Source: Candidatus Eiseniibacteriota bacterium (GTDB lineage Bacteria; Eisenbacteria; RBG-16-71-46). From it: a stretch of 35,107 bases of DNA. The stretch lies in contig JANLWX010000109.1 in the NCBI GenBank assembly GCA_031364845.1, positions 1-35,107 on the forward strand. Reading direction: 5' to 3'. The stretch's first letter is position 1; the number at the start of each line of letters is the position of its first letter. The position numbers and the translations under genes were made by a program. Positions 1 through 11,400 of this stretch are shown here, piece after piece. The notes under the pieces were generated by a model. It was not told the origin of the DNA and ran no database searches. It worked only from the letters and a program-made list of their open reading frames with translations.

Positions 1-3000
1 CGGTGCCGTTGCCGACGATCGCGACATCGAGCGTGTAGGTGTTGATCGCAAACGTTGCCGTGAGCGCGGTGTTGGCGTTGATCACCACCGACAGCGGGTT
101 GTCGGTGCTCGTCACATCGCCGGTCCATCCGACGAAGTGCCAGCCGCTCGCCGGCGTGGCGGTCAGGTTGACCTTCGTACCGTCGTCGTAAGTGGCCTGA
201 TCCGGATCCTTCGCCACCGTACCGCTGCCGACTGTGGTGACGTTCAACGTGTAGGTGTTGATCGCGAACGTCGCGGTGAGCGACGTGTTGGCGGTCATGG
301 TCACCGACAGCGGGTTGTCGCTGCTGGTCACGTCGCCCGTCCACCCGACGAAGTGCCAGCCGCTCGCGGGCGTCGCGGTCAGATCGACCTTGGTGCCGTG
401 ATCGTAAGCCGCCTGGTCGGGAACCTTCGCCACCGTGCCGCTGCCGGAGGTGGTGACGCTCAGCGTGTAGGTGTTGAGCGCGAAGTTCGCCGTCAGCGAC
501 TTGTTCGAGTTCATCACCAGCGTGAGCGGGTTGTCGCTGCTCGTCACGTCGCCCGTCCATCCCACGAAGTGGAAGTTGGGAGCGGGGGTGGCGGTCAGAT
601 CGACGCTGGTTCCCGGGTTGTAGCTGGGGTTGTTGATGCTCCGGGAGACCGAGCCGTTCGTCGCGGCGATGGTCAACAGATACGTGGTGTACTCGTCGGC
701 GCCGATATCGGGCGTCGCGGTGCGGATGTCACCGTCGAAGTCCGCAGCGACTCCGAGCGGCACGGCGGCGTTGGCGACCGGTGAGAGCGTCGGCGTCGCC
801 GTGTTGATGTGGAGATTGCTGGTGCTGACGTAGAGCGGATCCGCGGAGATGCTGTTCGCATCGCGTCCGGATGCGGTGCGCCAGGCCGCCAGAGTCGAAT
901 AGTCACTACCTGCAATCTTCCCGACCAGGTTCGCTCCGGAACCGGTCGAGTTGCTGAAGAGATTGTTGTAGTCGCCTGCCGTCAACTGGCTCGATGCCGT
1001 CTCCAGCGCGAGTGCGACGGCGCCCACGCCGGTCGCCGACAACCGGCCGAGGTTGTTGACGACGTTGTTGCCGCTGACGTTCGCGGCCGTGTTCTCGTCG
1101 AGCGCGATGCCGATCGAATAGGCACCGGCTGCGAAGTTGATCGTGTTGCCCGAGAGGAAGATCGAGTTGTGGAGGATGCTCAATCCGCCCTGGCCAGTGC
1201 CGAACGCAAGGATGCCGGCCGGACAGTAGGTCGAACCCAGCGTCGCGTAGTCGTCTCCATCTCCGCGCATGTTGTGAATCATGTTGTTGGAGATGGTGAT
1301 TCCGGCCGCGGCGTTGCCAGTCGAGACCATGATGCCCTTGGGGCCGTAACCCGCCGTGCCCGTGTAGACGAGATCATGAATCCGATTGGCGTTGACCGTC
1401 ACGTTGGTCGAGCCTGTCGCAAGCCACATTCCGGCGTCGTTCTCGCCGCTGGTCGTCTCGAAGTTGCCGATATCGTTGTTGCTCACCGTTCCGCCGTTCA
1501 CGCCCTGCATGTACAGACCGACCAAGCGGATGGCGTTAGCGCCACTCGTGTTCAGTTCGTTCTGGGCGTAGGTGAGATTCGCACCATTCTGTGGTGTCGT
1601 TCCGCCGTTTGCGTACACACCGATGAATGCCTTCTCGATCTTGTTGTTCTCGATTGTGACATTGGAGAAGTAGCCCGGGTTGCCGGCCGTGGCTCCGTCG
1701 GAAATCACGACCGCCGAGTTGGTGTTCACGCCATTGCGCACGATGCAGTTCTTGATCGTCGCGTTCGTGATCGGCGTGGTGCCGCTCGATCCGACCCACG
1801 CCACGATCGGGCTCGTCACGCTCGTGTTCGCGAGCGTCAGGTCACGCGTGGAACCGGCCACGGCATTCGACCCGTCGATCGTGACGTAGTTGGTGTTGAA
1901 GATCTTGAAGATGGACGTGCTCGACGCCGATCCGGAGACCGACGAGGTGACGCCCGTATTCGGCTTGATCGTGACCGTGTTCGCCGCCGTCGGCACGTTC
2001 GCGTTCGTGACGTTCACGGTGATCGGATATGTCTCGGACGGATACGAACCGTCGATCAACAGGAATCGAACCGGTCCGCTCACGCCCCGCAGATTGAGGT
2101 CCGCCACGGCGGCCGTGATCGTCGCATAGACGCCGGCCAGGACCTGCTGGGGAAGTCCCGGATTTTCCGATCGCTTGGCGTAGAGCGGCCCTTCATAGAC
2201 CTCGCCGTTCTGCATCGGAACCCAGCTCACTTCCTCGACCTCGCGCACCACCGACTTCCACACGATATGACCCGCGGGCGAGCCGGACTTGGCGACACTT
2301 TCCTCGGGCTCGAGGACCGTACGCGTCACGGTCTCGACCTTCGGTGCGAACGTGACATTCTTGCCGGTCGCTTCATTGAACAACGTGGTCCCGACCGTGT
2401 AATCGCCACTCAGCGGCGCACCGACGATGGGATAGGAGTTAATGCTTCCGCCGATCGGGAAGTTGCCCGCGGCGAGAGCGACCGAGGAGGCCGCTGAGGC
2501 GAAGCTGCCCGAGTTGATGCCGACGTTCGCCGGGATCGCGTTGTCCTGGGCGATCACGAAATACTGGATCACATCGCCGGCCGACACCGGACCGCTGAAG
2601 AGCAGCGAGTAGTCGATCGTGAAGTCGAACGGCGAACTGGCACCGCTCGCTTCGGCGAACTTCCAGCCGTTCGTCGCGCTGGTGTTGTCCACGAACGTGT
2701 TCGTGTCGACCGACTTCTTGAAGTAGACGCGCGGCCGGGTGCCGGGCGATCCGTTGACCCCGCTGGCATCCGTGATCGTGACGGGCGTGAGGCTCCGGTT
2801 GCTCGTGCTCGCCGTCGCGGCCAGCGCGGTGTACGAGATCGAAGGTGGGCTGAGGTCGACCGGCGTGCCATCGAACTCGTCGGCACCGATGTCATTCGCG
2901 GTCGCGCCGCCGTTCACCGATCCCGCAGGTCCCGGACGCAACTGGGCGTCGATGTCCGTCGTCACACCCGTCGTGTTCGAGCCGCCGGACTCGAGCGCGG

Positions 3001-4873
3001 TTCCGGTGGCGGCAGGAATGTGGAGATTCGTGGCGCTCGTGAACGGCGCGGCACCCGTGCTGGCCTGCGACGCATTGTCATTCGTGGTCGCGGCCGACAG
3101 GGTGCTCGTGTAGGCGCGCAGGTTGCTTGCGGGGGACGCCGCGCCGGGATTGAAGCTGGACGCGAGGTAGAAGCCGGTTCCGGCCGTCGTGCCGGCCTGG
3201 GCGATGCCCTGGCTCGCTGCGGTCGTTCCGGAGAAGTAGGCGTTGTTGTTGTTCGTCAGATTCATGGTGACGGTGGCGCCGGAAGGCAAAGCAAGGGAGA
3301 CGTGAGCGATGCTCGTGGTCCCGCCGCTCAGGGTGTTCGACAACAGGTTGTTGCGAACATCGAGGCCCGTGGCGCCGGTGCTGACGATCGTCAACGCCGA
3401 GCTCAGGATGGACGTCGTCGCGGTTCCGAACAGCGTGCCGAACAGATTGATGGAGTTGTGATAGATCTTGTGGTTCGCCGCGGTCGTGTTGCCGATTCGG
3501 ATTCCGTGGACGCCAAACGTCGTGGAGAACGCGGCGCCGCCGGTCATGTCCATCTTGACGTCACTGACGAAGTTGTTCCGGATGGTGACGTTGGTGCCGG
3601 CGGTGATGTTGATCCCGAAGGCGCCGAAGGTCCCGGTGTTTCGGTTGTACACACCGGTGACCTTGTTCAGATCGATCGTCCCGGAGGTGACGACGGCGGT
3701 GCATTCGATCGCATCCGTTCCGGATGAGGCCGACATCGCCTGAACGTTCGAAATGGTGTTTCCGCTGATGGTGTAGGAGGTGGAGGCGCTGCTGACCAGG
3801 ATCGCCTTCACCGGACTCGCGGTGCCGTTCTGGGTCGGATTCGAAATCGCGTTGCCGCCGATCGTCACGCTCGGGCCGATCGCACTGGCGAGTTCGATCG
3901 TGGTGATCGTCGTTCCCACATACGACATGATGTTCTGGAGCGTGTTGCCGACGACGGTGATGGCCGCGGTTCCCGCGACCCAGATGCCCTTCGTATAAAC
4001 CGTCGAAGCAGGGGTCGTGAAGGGGGGCGTGGCCGGGGTCGGTGTGCCCGCCGCTCCGACGACGTTTTTGAGAATCAGGACTCCGCTCGAAACCGTCGTC
4101 GAGGCGCCGTTGAACACGATCGCGCGGGCGCACTGGTTGACTGCGTTGTTCTCGATAACGAGTCCGTTGATCGTGGTGCCGAGGGGTGCCGTATTCGTGG
4201 TGACCGAGGTGATGGCCGTCGGCGCGTCGATGGGGCTTGCGCCGCCGTTGCCGCCGACATAGATGCCGAAGCTGGAGTTCGAAGAGCCCGTGGTTGAGGT
4301 GATCAGGCTCGAATTGCCCGCGAGCACGTTGCCGTTCAGATTGAGGTTTTTGATCGTGTTGTTGTCCGAGGTAGTCACGGTCGCCGCGGTCGCGATACGA
4401 ATGACCGATCCTGCAATCGCGGTCGTGGTGTTCGTGTTGTTGACTGTGAGGTTCCGGTTCGTGCCGCCACTGCCCGGATTGTCACCGTCGATCGTGACGT
4501 TGTCCGCGCCCTTCAACTGGATGACGCCGAACCCGGTTGCGGGATTTCCGGAGATCGAGACTCCGTCCGCCGTGGGCTGGACCAGCACCGAGGCATAGAT
4601 GGCAGGGCCGGCGCCGCTACTGTTCAGTGTCGCGGGCGTCGTGCCCTCGATGGTGTTCGCGGCAATTCCGACGACGATCGTGCCCTGATGGGTCCCCGCG
4701 TTGATGGCGTCGAAGGCGCCCTTGAGCGTGAGGTACGAAGCCGCCGCAGTACCGGCGGTTGCGGTGACGTTTACCTGGGCGAATGCTGCTGCGCTCCATG
4801 TTGTGGCGAGCGCGAGCATGGCGAGAACGAATGGAACTCTGCGCACAAGCAAGCGGGTAATGAGGCGTGTCAT
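1..4873 (-). CDS. Giant secreted/surface protein (3'-truncated, >=1624 aa): two right-handed beta-helix (pectin-lyase-like) modules followed by divergent InlB B-repeats
   Basis: Not in the ORF track because no stop occurs before the window edge (no listed minus ORF ends in this frame). ATG at 4873-4871 is preceded by GGAGGGAG. N-terminus MTRLITRLLVRRVPFVLAMLALATTWSAAAFA|QVNVTAT is a Sec signal. Helical caps YLTLKGAFDAINAG and YATITAAVADLNLRG; Asn/Thr/Gly/Ile-rich coils; DIGADE motifs at 2876-2893 and 692-709. The same frame reads sensibly at positions 2-60, 2126-2404 and 4733-4873. Confidence 0.9.
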   Translation of the reverse strand, partial: MTRLITRLLVRRVPFVLAMLALATTWSAAAFAQVNVTATAGTAAASYLTLKGAFDAINAGTHQGTIVVGIAANTIEGTTPATLNSSGAGPAIYASVLVQPTADGVSISGNPATGFGVIQLKGADNVTIDGDNPGSGGTNRNLTVNNTNTTTAIAGSVIRIATAATVTTSDNNTIKNLNLNGNVLAGNSSLITSTTGSSNSSFGIYVGGNGGASPIDAPTAITSVTTNTAPLGTTINGLVIENNAVNQCARAIVFNGASTTVSSGVLILKNVVGAAGTPTPATPPFTTPASTVYTKGIWVAGTAAITVVGNTLQNIMSYVGTTITTIELASAIGPSVTIGGNAISNPTQNGTASPVKAILVSSASTSYTISGNTISNVQAMSASSGTDAIECTAVVTSGTIDLNKVTGVYNRNTGTFGAFGINITAGTNVTIRNNFVSDVKMDMTGGAAFSTTFGVHGIRIGNTTAANHKIYHNSINLFGTLFGTATTSILSSALTIVSTGATGLDVRNNLLSNTLSGGTTSIAHVSLALPSGATVTMNLTNNNNAYFSGTTAASQGIAQAGTTAGTGFYLASSFNPGAASPASNLRAYTSTLSAATTNDNASQASTGAAPFTSATNLHIPAATGTALESGGSNTTGVTTDIDAQLRPGPAGSVNGGATANDIGADEFDGTPVDLSPPSISYTALAATASTSNRSLTPVTITDASGVNGSPGTRPRVYFKKSVDTNTFVDNTSATNGWKFAEASGASSPFDFTIDYSLLFSGPVSAGDVIQYFVIAQDNAIPANVGINSGSFASAASSVALAAGNFPIGGSINSYPIVGAPLSGDYTVGTTLFNEATGKNVTFAPKVETVTRTVLEPEESVAKSGSPAGHIVWKSVVREVEEVSWVPMQNGEVYEGPLYAKRSENPGLPQQVLAGVYATITAAVADLNLRGVSGPVRFLLIDGSYPSETYPITVNVTNANVPTAANTVTIKPNTGVTSSVSGSASSTSIFKIFNTNYVTIDGSNAVAGSTRDLTLANTSVTSPIVAWVGSSGTTPITNATIKNCIVRNGVNTNSAVVISDGATAGNPGYFSNVTIENNKIEKAFIGVYANGGTTPQNGANLTYAQNELNTSGANAIRLVGLYMQGVNGGTVSNNDIGNFETTSGENDAGMWLATGSTNVTVNANRIHDLVYTGTAGYGPKGIMVSTGNAAAGITISNNMIHNMRGDGDDYATLGSTYCPAGILAFGTGQGGLSILHNSIFLSGNTINFAAGAYSIGIALDENTAANVSGNNVVNNLGRLSATGVGAVALALETASSQLTAGDYNNLFSNSTGSGANLVGKIAGSDYSTLAAWRTASGRDANSISADPLYVSTSNLHINTATPTLSPVANAAVPLGVAADFDGDIRTATPDIGADEYTTYLLTIAATNGSVSRSINNPSYNPGTSVDLTATPAPNFHFVGWTGDVTSSDNPLTLVMNSNKSLTANFALNTYTLSVTTSGSGTVAKVPDQAAYDHGTKVDLTATPASGWHFVGWTGDVTSSDNPLSVTMTANTSLTATFAINTYTLNVTTVGSGTVAKDPDQATYDDGTKVNLTATPASGWHFVGWTGDVTSTDNPLSVVINANTALTATFAINTYTLDVAIVGNGT
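2..685 (-). repeat. Tandem ~72-aa (216 bp) divergent InlB B-repeat / Flg_new-like units: three complete plus a partial fourth
   Basis: GTAGGTGTTG recurs at 35, 251 and 467 (period 216). Unit reads TYTLxVTTxGSGTVAKxPDQAxYDxGTKVxLTATPASGWHFVGWTGDVTSxDNPLSVxxxANTxLTATFAIN. Confidence 0.85.
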
Positions 4874-5269
4874 GTTCCCAACTCCCTCCGGAAGAGGCAC
4901 AACGACCCGAAGCAACAGGACTTTTGCACTCCAAACAGGGACTCTGGCGCGCCGGGACTACGGGAGGTTGCGGGATCTTGCTGCTGGCGGCGGCCAGCCG
5001 ATGACGTTGAAGTCAGGGACGATGGTGAGGGCCATGCCTTCTCGACTTCGAGTCAACGCGCTGTCAAGAAATAGCACTCGTCAGGGAATGATCAAGAGAT
5101 TTCGCATGACGCGGCGATTTTTTTAACGCGAACGAAGAGAACAACCCGATCGCGCACCTGAACACAGGGTGATGTCAGCGAGGACGTCGGCGCTCGCATG
5201 ATTGTGAGTTCAATGCACACATACAAAAATCATCCTGGTCGGTCTATTCGCTGAGCGCTTAATCAATCC

Positions 5270-5298
5270 TTGACCCCGCCTTCCATACGCGAAAAACT
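5270..5298 (+). promoter_or_regulatory. Possible sigma70-type promoter for the S8 protease gene
   Basis: TTGACC (5270-5275), 17 nt, AAAACT (5293-5298) in an AT-richer divergent intergenic region. The -10 is imperfect. Confidence 0.35.
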
Positions 5299-5443
5299 GC
5301 CACGGACCACAATCAGTCTCGAGTCGATCTTGGTTGAGTGCCGTTGCAGGTGAGGCCGCCTTGGCGATTCGTCGCGTCACCGCACCGTCGTGCCCATTGC
5401 CGGGCTCCACGCGTGCCTGCCCCCACGTGTCAGGAGCCGCCTC

Positions 5444-8400
5444 ATGCGACCACGCCACTGCATCGTGACCGCCGTTGTCCTGCTCGCGCTGTTCCTCGTC
5501 TGCGCGATCGCTCCCGCCTCCGCAGCCCCGCAGGTCATCCCGGGCGAGATCCTCGTGAAGTACCGTCCCGGCGCCCAGTCGCAACGCGGATCGGTCCGCG
5601 CCCAGGTCAACGGAACACGGCTCAGGGATTTTTCCTTCATCGGGGTCGAGCACATGAAGCTCGGCAAAGGGGTGAGCGTCGAGCAGGCGATCGAGCGGCT
5701 CAAGAACAACCCGCAGGTGGAGTACGCGGAGCCGAACTACGAGATCACGATCGGCGCCATTCCGAACGACACGCGGTTCGGCGAGTTGTACGGCATGCGC
5801 AACACCGGGCAGACCGGCGGGACGCCGGACGCGGACATCGACGCGGATCAGGCGTGGGACGTGTACACCGGTGACCCGAATCTGCTGGTCGGCGTGATCG
5901 ACACCGGGATCGACTACAACCACCCCGACCTCGCGGCGAACGCCTGGACCAATCCGGGCGAAATTCCGGGCAACAGCATCGACGACGACTTCAACGGCTA
6001 CGTCGACGACGTCCACGGCTACGACTTCGTGAACAACGACGGTGATCCGTTCGACGACAACGGTCACGGCAGCCACACTTCGGGAACGATCGCTGCACGG
6101 GGCAACAACGCGACCGGCGTCACCGGCGTCAACTGGCAGTGCAAGGTCGTCGGGATCAAGTTCCTGAGCGGATCGGGCTCGGGTTCGACCGAAGGCGCGA
6201 TCGCCGGCATTCAGTACGCGATCGCGATCGGCGCGCGGCTCACGAGCAACTCGTGGGGCGGAGGCGGCTTCTCGCAGGCCCTGCTCGACGCGATCAACGC
6301 CGCGGGTGCCGCGGGACAGCTGTTCGTCGCTTCGGCTGGCAACTCAGGCGCCAACTCCGACACGAGCCCGTCCTATCCGGCGGCCTACGACTCGCCGTTC
6401 ATCATCTCGGTCGCGGCCACCGATGATGACGACGCACTCGCATCGTTCTCGAACTACGGTCTCACGACCGTGGACCTCGGGGCACCGGGAGTCGACATCC
6501 TTTCGTGTCAGCCCGGCGGTGGCTATCAGCTGCTGTCCGGCACCTCGATGGCATGTCCGCATGTCGCGGGCGTGGCGGCGCTCGCATGGGGCCGATTCCC
6601 GGCGATGACGCCCGCCCAGTGCAAGGCGCTCATCCTCAACCATGTCGATCCCAAGCCCTCGCTCACCGGCAAGTGCGTGACCGGGGGACGTCTCAACGCG
6701 CTCTTCACGATCGCCGATCCCGACACGATTGCACCGGGGGCGATCAGCGATCTTGCGGCCACGAACCCGGGCTCGAACTCGATCGACCTCGCCTGGACCG
6801 CGACCGGTGATGACGGCGGAACCGGGCGCGCTTCTGCGTACGACCTTCGCTATTCGACCGCGCCGATCAACGCGGGAAACTTTTCGGGCGCGACCCCGGT
6901 GCCGGGCGCTCCGAGCCCGCAAACCTCCGGCTCCGCCGAGAGTCACCGCGTGACGGGCCTCGCGTTCACCACGCCGTACTATTTCGCGATCAAGGCGCTG
7001 GATGAGTACGGCAATACGGGTAGCCTCTCGAACGTGCCGGACGGCACGACGCTCGGGATCCCGGACATCGCGGCGGCGCCGGACTCGTTCTACGCCGACT
7101 TGTTGACGGGCGCCTCGTCCGACCAGACGCTGACGCTGTCGAACACCGCGGCCGGCACGCTCGACTTCACGATCCCGACGCCGGTCGTTCAGAGTTCACT
7201 GCCGGATCCGAAACCTTTCCTTCCCACGGGGAAGAATGTGGCGGATGCGCGCGTCGGCGACCCGGTCGTCAACGGTGCGGGCGGTCCGGATGGATTCGGA
7301 TATCGCTGGATGGACAGCGACCAAGCGGGCGGGCCGGCTTTCAACTGGATCGACATCACCGGCGTCGGAACTCCGCTCGGACTCACCGGTGACGACGCGA
7401 TCTCGGGGCCGGTCAACATCGGATTCAACTTCCCGTTCTACGGCGGCAGCTTCGTCTCGGTTCGCATCGCTTCGAACGGATTCCTCACGTTCACCGACAC
7501 GAGCGCGCCCTACGCCAACCAGGCCCTGCCCAACTCCGGGGGTGTGGCGAACATGGTCGCGCCGATGTGGGACGACTTGAATCTGACGGGTGCTGCCGCG
7601 GTCTACACCCACAACGACGGCGGCCGGTTCATCATCGCCTGGGTTGGTGTGCCGCACTATTCAGGCTCGGGTTCGGGAACCTACACCTTCGAAGCGGTGC
7701 TCTATCCGAGCGGCGAAATCCGCTTCCAGTATCTGTCGCTGGTCGGTGACCTCAACTCGGCGACGGTGGGAATTCAGAACGCCTTAGAGACTGTCGGGCT
7801 CAACGTCGCGTTCAACACCGCCTACCTGCACGACAATCTCGCGGTGAGAATCTTCAGCGTGCCCCAGTGGCTGAGGGTGACCCCGACCTCGGGCCGCATC
7901 GCGGCCGGCCAGAGCATCAACCTGAACTTGCGCTTCGACGCATCCGGGCTTGCGGGCGGCAACCACCTCGGTGCGGTGACGATCGCGAGCAACGATCCCG
8001 ACGAGAATCCGCTGAGCCTTCCGGCGCGGCTGCATGTGATCGGCGCGCCCAACATCATAGTCGCCCCGGATTCCGCGAGCTTCGACTCGGTGTACATCGG
8101 AGCCTCGCCGACCCGCACGGTGGTCGTGACCAATTCCGGCACCGACGACCTGCACGTCACGGGGATCGCCAGCAGCAATGCGACCGTGACGGCGGCGCCG
8201 GTCGCCTTCACGCTTCCGCCCGCGGCGTCGCAGAACGTGAGCGTGACGTTCTCGCCGGTGGCGGTGGGGCCGGTGTCTGCAACGCTCGAGATCGCGAGCG
8301 ATGATCCCGACACACCCACGAAGACTGTCCACGTCAGCGGGACGGGTGTGACGGCGCCGAGCTTCTCGGTGAGCCCCGATTCACTCCACGTGACGCTCAA

Positions 8401-11400
8401 CACGAACCAGAGCGCCTCGCGCAACGTGCGCATCACGAACAACGGCGGCAGCAACTACGTCTTCACCGCCGAGGCGGAGGCCGATCTCGGGCCGGCGCCC
8501 CAGCGCATTCAGATCCAGCATCAGGAGAGCGAGCTGGCGAAGGGTGCAGTGGATTCACGGAGCGGCCCGGTCGCGCGGTCCTCGGGCGGCCCCGACGCCT
8601 TCGGCTACACCTACAAGGACAGCGACGAGCCCTCGGGCGGTCCGTCGTTCAACTGGCTCGACATTCGCCCGGTGGGCACTCAGATCGCGACGCTGACGGG
8701 CGACGATCAGAACGGCGGTCCACTCCCGATCGGGTTCAGCTTCCCGTTCTACGGCTCGACGTTCACATCGTTCCGTGTGTGCACCAACGGCTGGGTGTCG
8801 TTCACCAACGGATCGTTGACGACGTACACCAACACGGGCCTGCCGAACAACGGCGCGACCGTTCCGGAAAACCTGCTCGCGCCGTTCTGGGACGACTTCA
8901 ACTTCAACTCCACCGCGCGCGCCTGGTACCACTCGGACGGCACGCGGCTCGTCATCCAGTACCAGGACGTGTCGCGCTTCCTCGACTCGAGCCACCCCAA
9001 CACCTTCGAGATCATCCTCTATCCGAACGGCCGGATCGTGTACCAGTACCTGTCGATCACGGCGGCCACGCTGAACAGCCACACCGTCGGCATTCAGAAT
9101 GCCGGACGCGACGATGGACTCCAGGTGGCGTTCAACACGCCTTACGCTCACAGCAATCTGGCTCTCGAGTTCCGCCCGCCCGCGCGCTTCCTGACTGTGG
9201 CGCCCGGTGGCGGCAACATCCCGCCGGGAGGCTTCATGGACCTGGCGGTGGGTTTCAATGCGAGCGGGCTGCTGGGCGGAGATTACAGCGGCCGGGTCCG
9301 CATCAACGGCAACGACCCGATCCAGCCCCAGAAGAACGTGCCGTGCCTGCTCACCGTGATCGGCGTGCCCGATGTGGGTGCGAACACGAGCGCGCTCCAC
9401 TACGGCAACGTGTACGTCGGCTATCCGGCGTTGCGTCAGTTGCAGGTGACGAACACCGGCAGCGACGTTCTGCATGTGAGCAACATCGCGACCAGCGATC
9501 CCGCATTCGGCGTGGACGTGATGAGCGTCGATGTGCCGCCGAGCGGCAGCGCGCTGGTGAACGTCTCGTTCAACCCGGTGTTGGCGCAGGGTTACTCGGG
9601 CACGCTCACCGTGACGAGCGATGACCCGGACACGCCGAGTCTGGAGGTTGCGCTCGACGGCACCGGCCTTGCCGCGCCAAATCTAGAATTGAGCGCGAGC
9701 ACGTTGCAGGCGGCTCTGGCCACGAACCTCGGCCCGCGCGCGCTCACGAAGACCAAGCCGATCGTCATCCATAACGGAGGCGGCAGCGACCTCACGTGGA
9801 GCACGGTGGCGGCGGTGGGACTGTCCTCGGACGCGGAGAATCCACCTCAGGAAAAGGAAGCCGACAAGGGTGCCTCCAGCGTTCCCGGCCCTCCTGTGTT
9901 CGCGGGCGCCGGCGGCCCAGACGGATACGGCTATCGCTGGATCGACAGCGACGAGTCGGGCGGCCCGGCATTCTCGTGGGTCGAGATTTCCGGCGTCGGC
10001 ACGCCGATTCCGTTCACGGCGGACGACCAGAATCTGGGGATTGCGCTGCCGTTCGCATTCCCGTTCTACGGCAACTCGTTCAACTCGATCCGCGCGTGCA
10101 CGAACGGCTGGCTGTCGTTCACGAACTCGACGCTCGCCACCTACACGAACACCGCGCTGCCGAACTCGGGTACGACGGTTCCGGAAAATCTGATCGCGCC
10201 CTGGTGGGACGATCAGGACTTCCGCACCTCCGGGGACGCGTACTCCTACTACGACGGCACGCGGTTCATCATCGAGTACCTTGCTTCACCGCACTACGAC
10301 AACACCGGCACCTACACCTACCAGGTGATGCTCTACCCGAATGGAGACATTCACTTCCAGTACCTGGACATGCAGGGTGTGTTGAACTCGGCGACGGTCG
10401 GAATCCAGAACGCCGCGCGCGATATCGGTCTACAGGTCGTTTCGGACGCGGCCTATGTGCACGACAACCTTCGCGTGAAGCTGTCGCGGGTGCCGGAGTG
10501 GCTGTCGGCGGCGCCGGACTCGGGCGTCATCGCTGCGGGAGAGGACGACACCGTGCACGTGACGTTCAATGCCACCGGGCTCGAAGACGGCGACTACGAA
10601 GGTGTGGTCGCGGTGACGTCGAACGATCCGACGCTCGGCAATCAGGAGATCGAGTGCCATCTGCACGTCGGCACTGTGGCCAGCGCGCTGGATCTGCGTC
10701 CCGACTATTCGCCCGCCGCCACGGATCACGGATGGATCGAGGCCGCGATGACCGATCCCGGTCTCGAGTGCGCGCCCGCGACCGTCTCGTCGTCCAGTCT
10801 GCTCGCGACCGGCGGCATCCCGATCGCTTCGGGATCCGCGGTCGTCATCGACGGCTGCAACGCCACCGCGAGCTTCAACCGCATGTCCATGCTCTCGGCA
10901 CTGCCCGGGGGCGCTTCGATCAGCGCCACGGTCAGCGGAGAAATCCCGGACGTCACGTGGTTCACGACGTCCGAGACGATGCGCATGCTGCGCCCGGTGC
11001 TGAACGTACCGTCGGGTCCGTTCGTTGGCGGCTCGACGGTTCCGCTCACCTGGACGAACGGGGCGGCAGCCGGCGCGACGCACTTCCAGATCTGGTTCTC
11101 CCCGGACGGGGGAGGCAGCTGGCAGAACGTGACGCAGAACGATGCCGACCACGCGCACAACTGGACGGTGCCGCGCACGCTCAACACGAGCAACGGCCAT
11201 CTCGAACTGCTCGCCTACGACGGCTCGGGCTACATGGGCTCGGTATTCTCGGGGCCGTTCGCGATCGTGAACGGAACCACCGGCGTCGAAGACGGTGACG
11301 TGCCCGATCACTTCGCACTGGGCTTCGCGGGTTCGAACCCGGTGCGGAACCGCGCGAGCTTTGAACTGGCGATGCCGCGGGGCGGCAACGCCGAGGTCCG

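Noticed and set aside
35..476. CRISPR array or DNA tandem repeat
   Set aside because: The 216-bp period is an in-frame protein domain repeat with synonymous variation and no repeat-spacer structure.
5028..5067. Minus-strand TTGACA (5067-5062) and TTGACT (5056-5051) as promoter of the giant gene
   Set aside because: No acceptable -10 hexamer at 16-18 nt spacing.
137..5126. Long plus-strand ORFs (137-784, 809-2497, 3020-3727 etc.)
   Set aside because: Antisense shadows of the giant minus-strand gene; Arg/Val-rich translations with no recognisable motifs.
5213..5254. 13-codon ORF MHTYKNHPGRSIR in the divergent intergenic region
   Set aside because: No SD, no coupling geometry and no informative composition; likely chance.
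5390..5443. Upstream-extended starts in the ORF track (5390, 11606, 15905, 17012, 19856, 20782, 33480 and others)
   Set aside because: They overlap upstream genes or promoters; downstream starts have SD or overlap support and match family N-termini.
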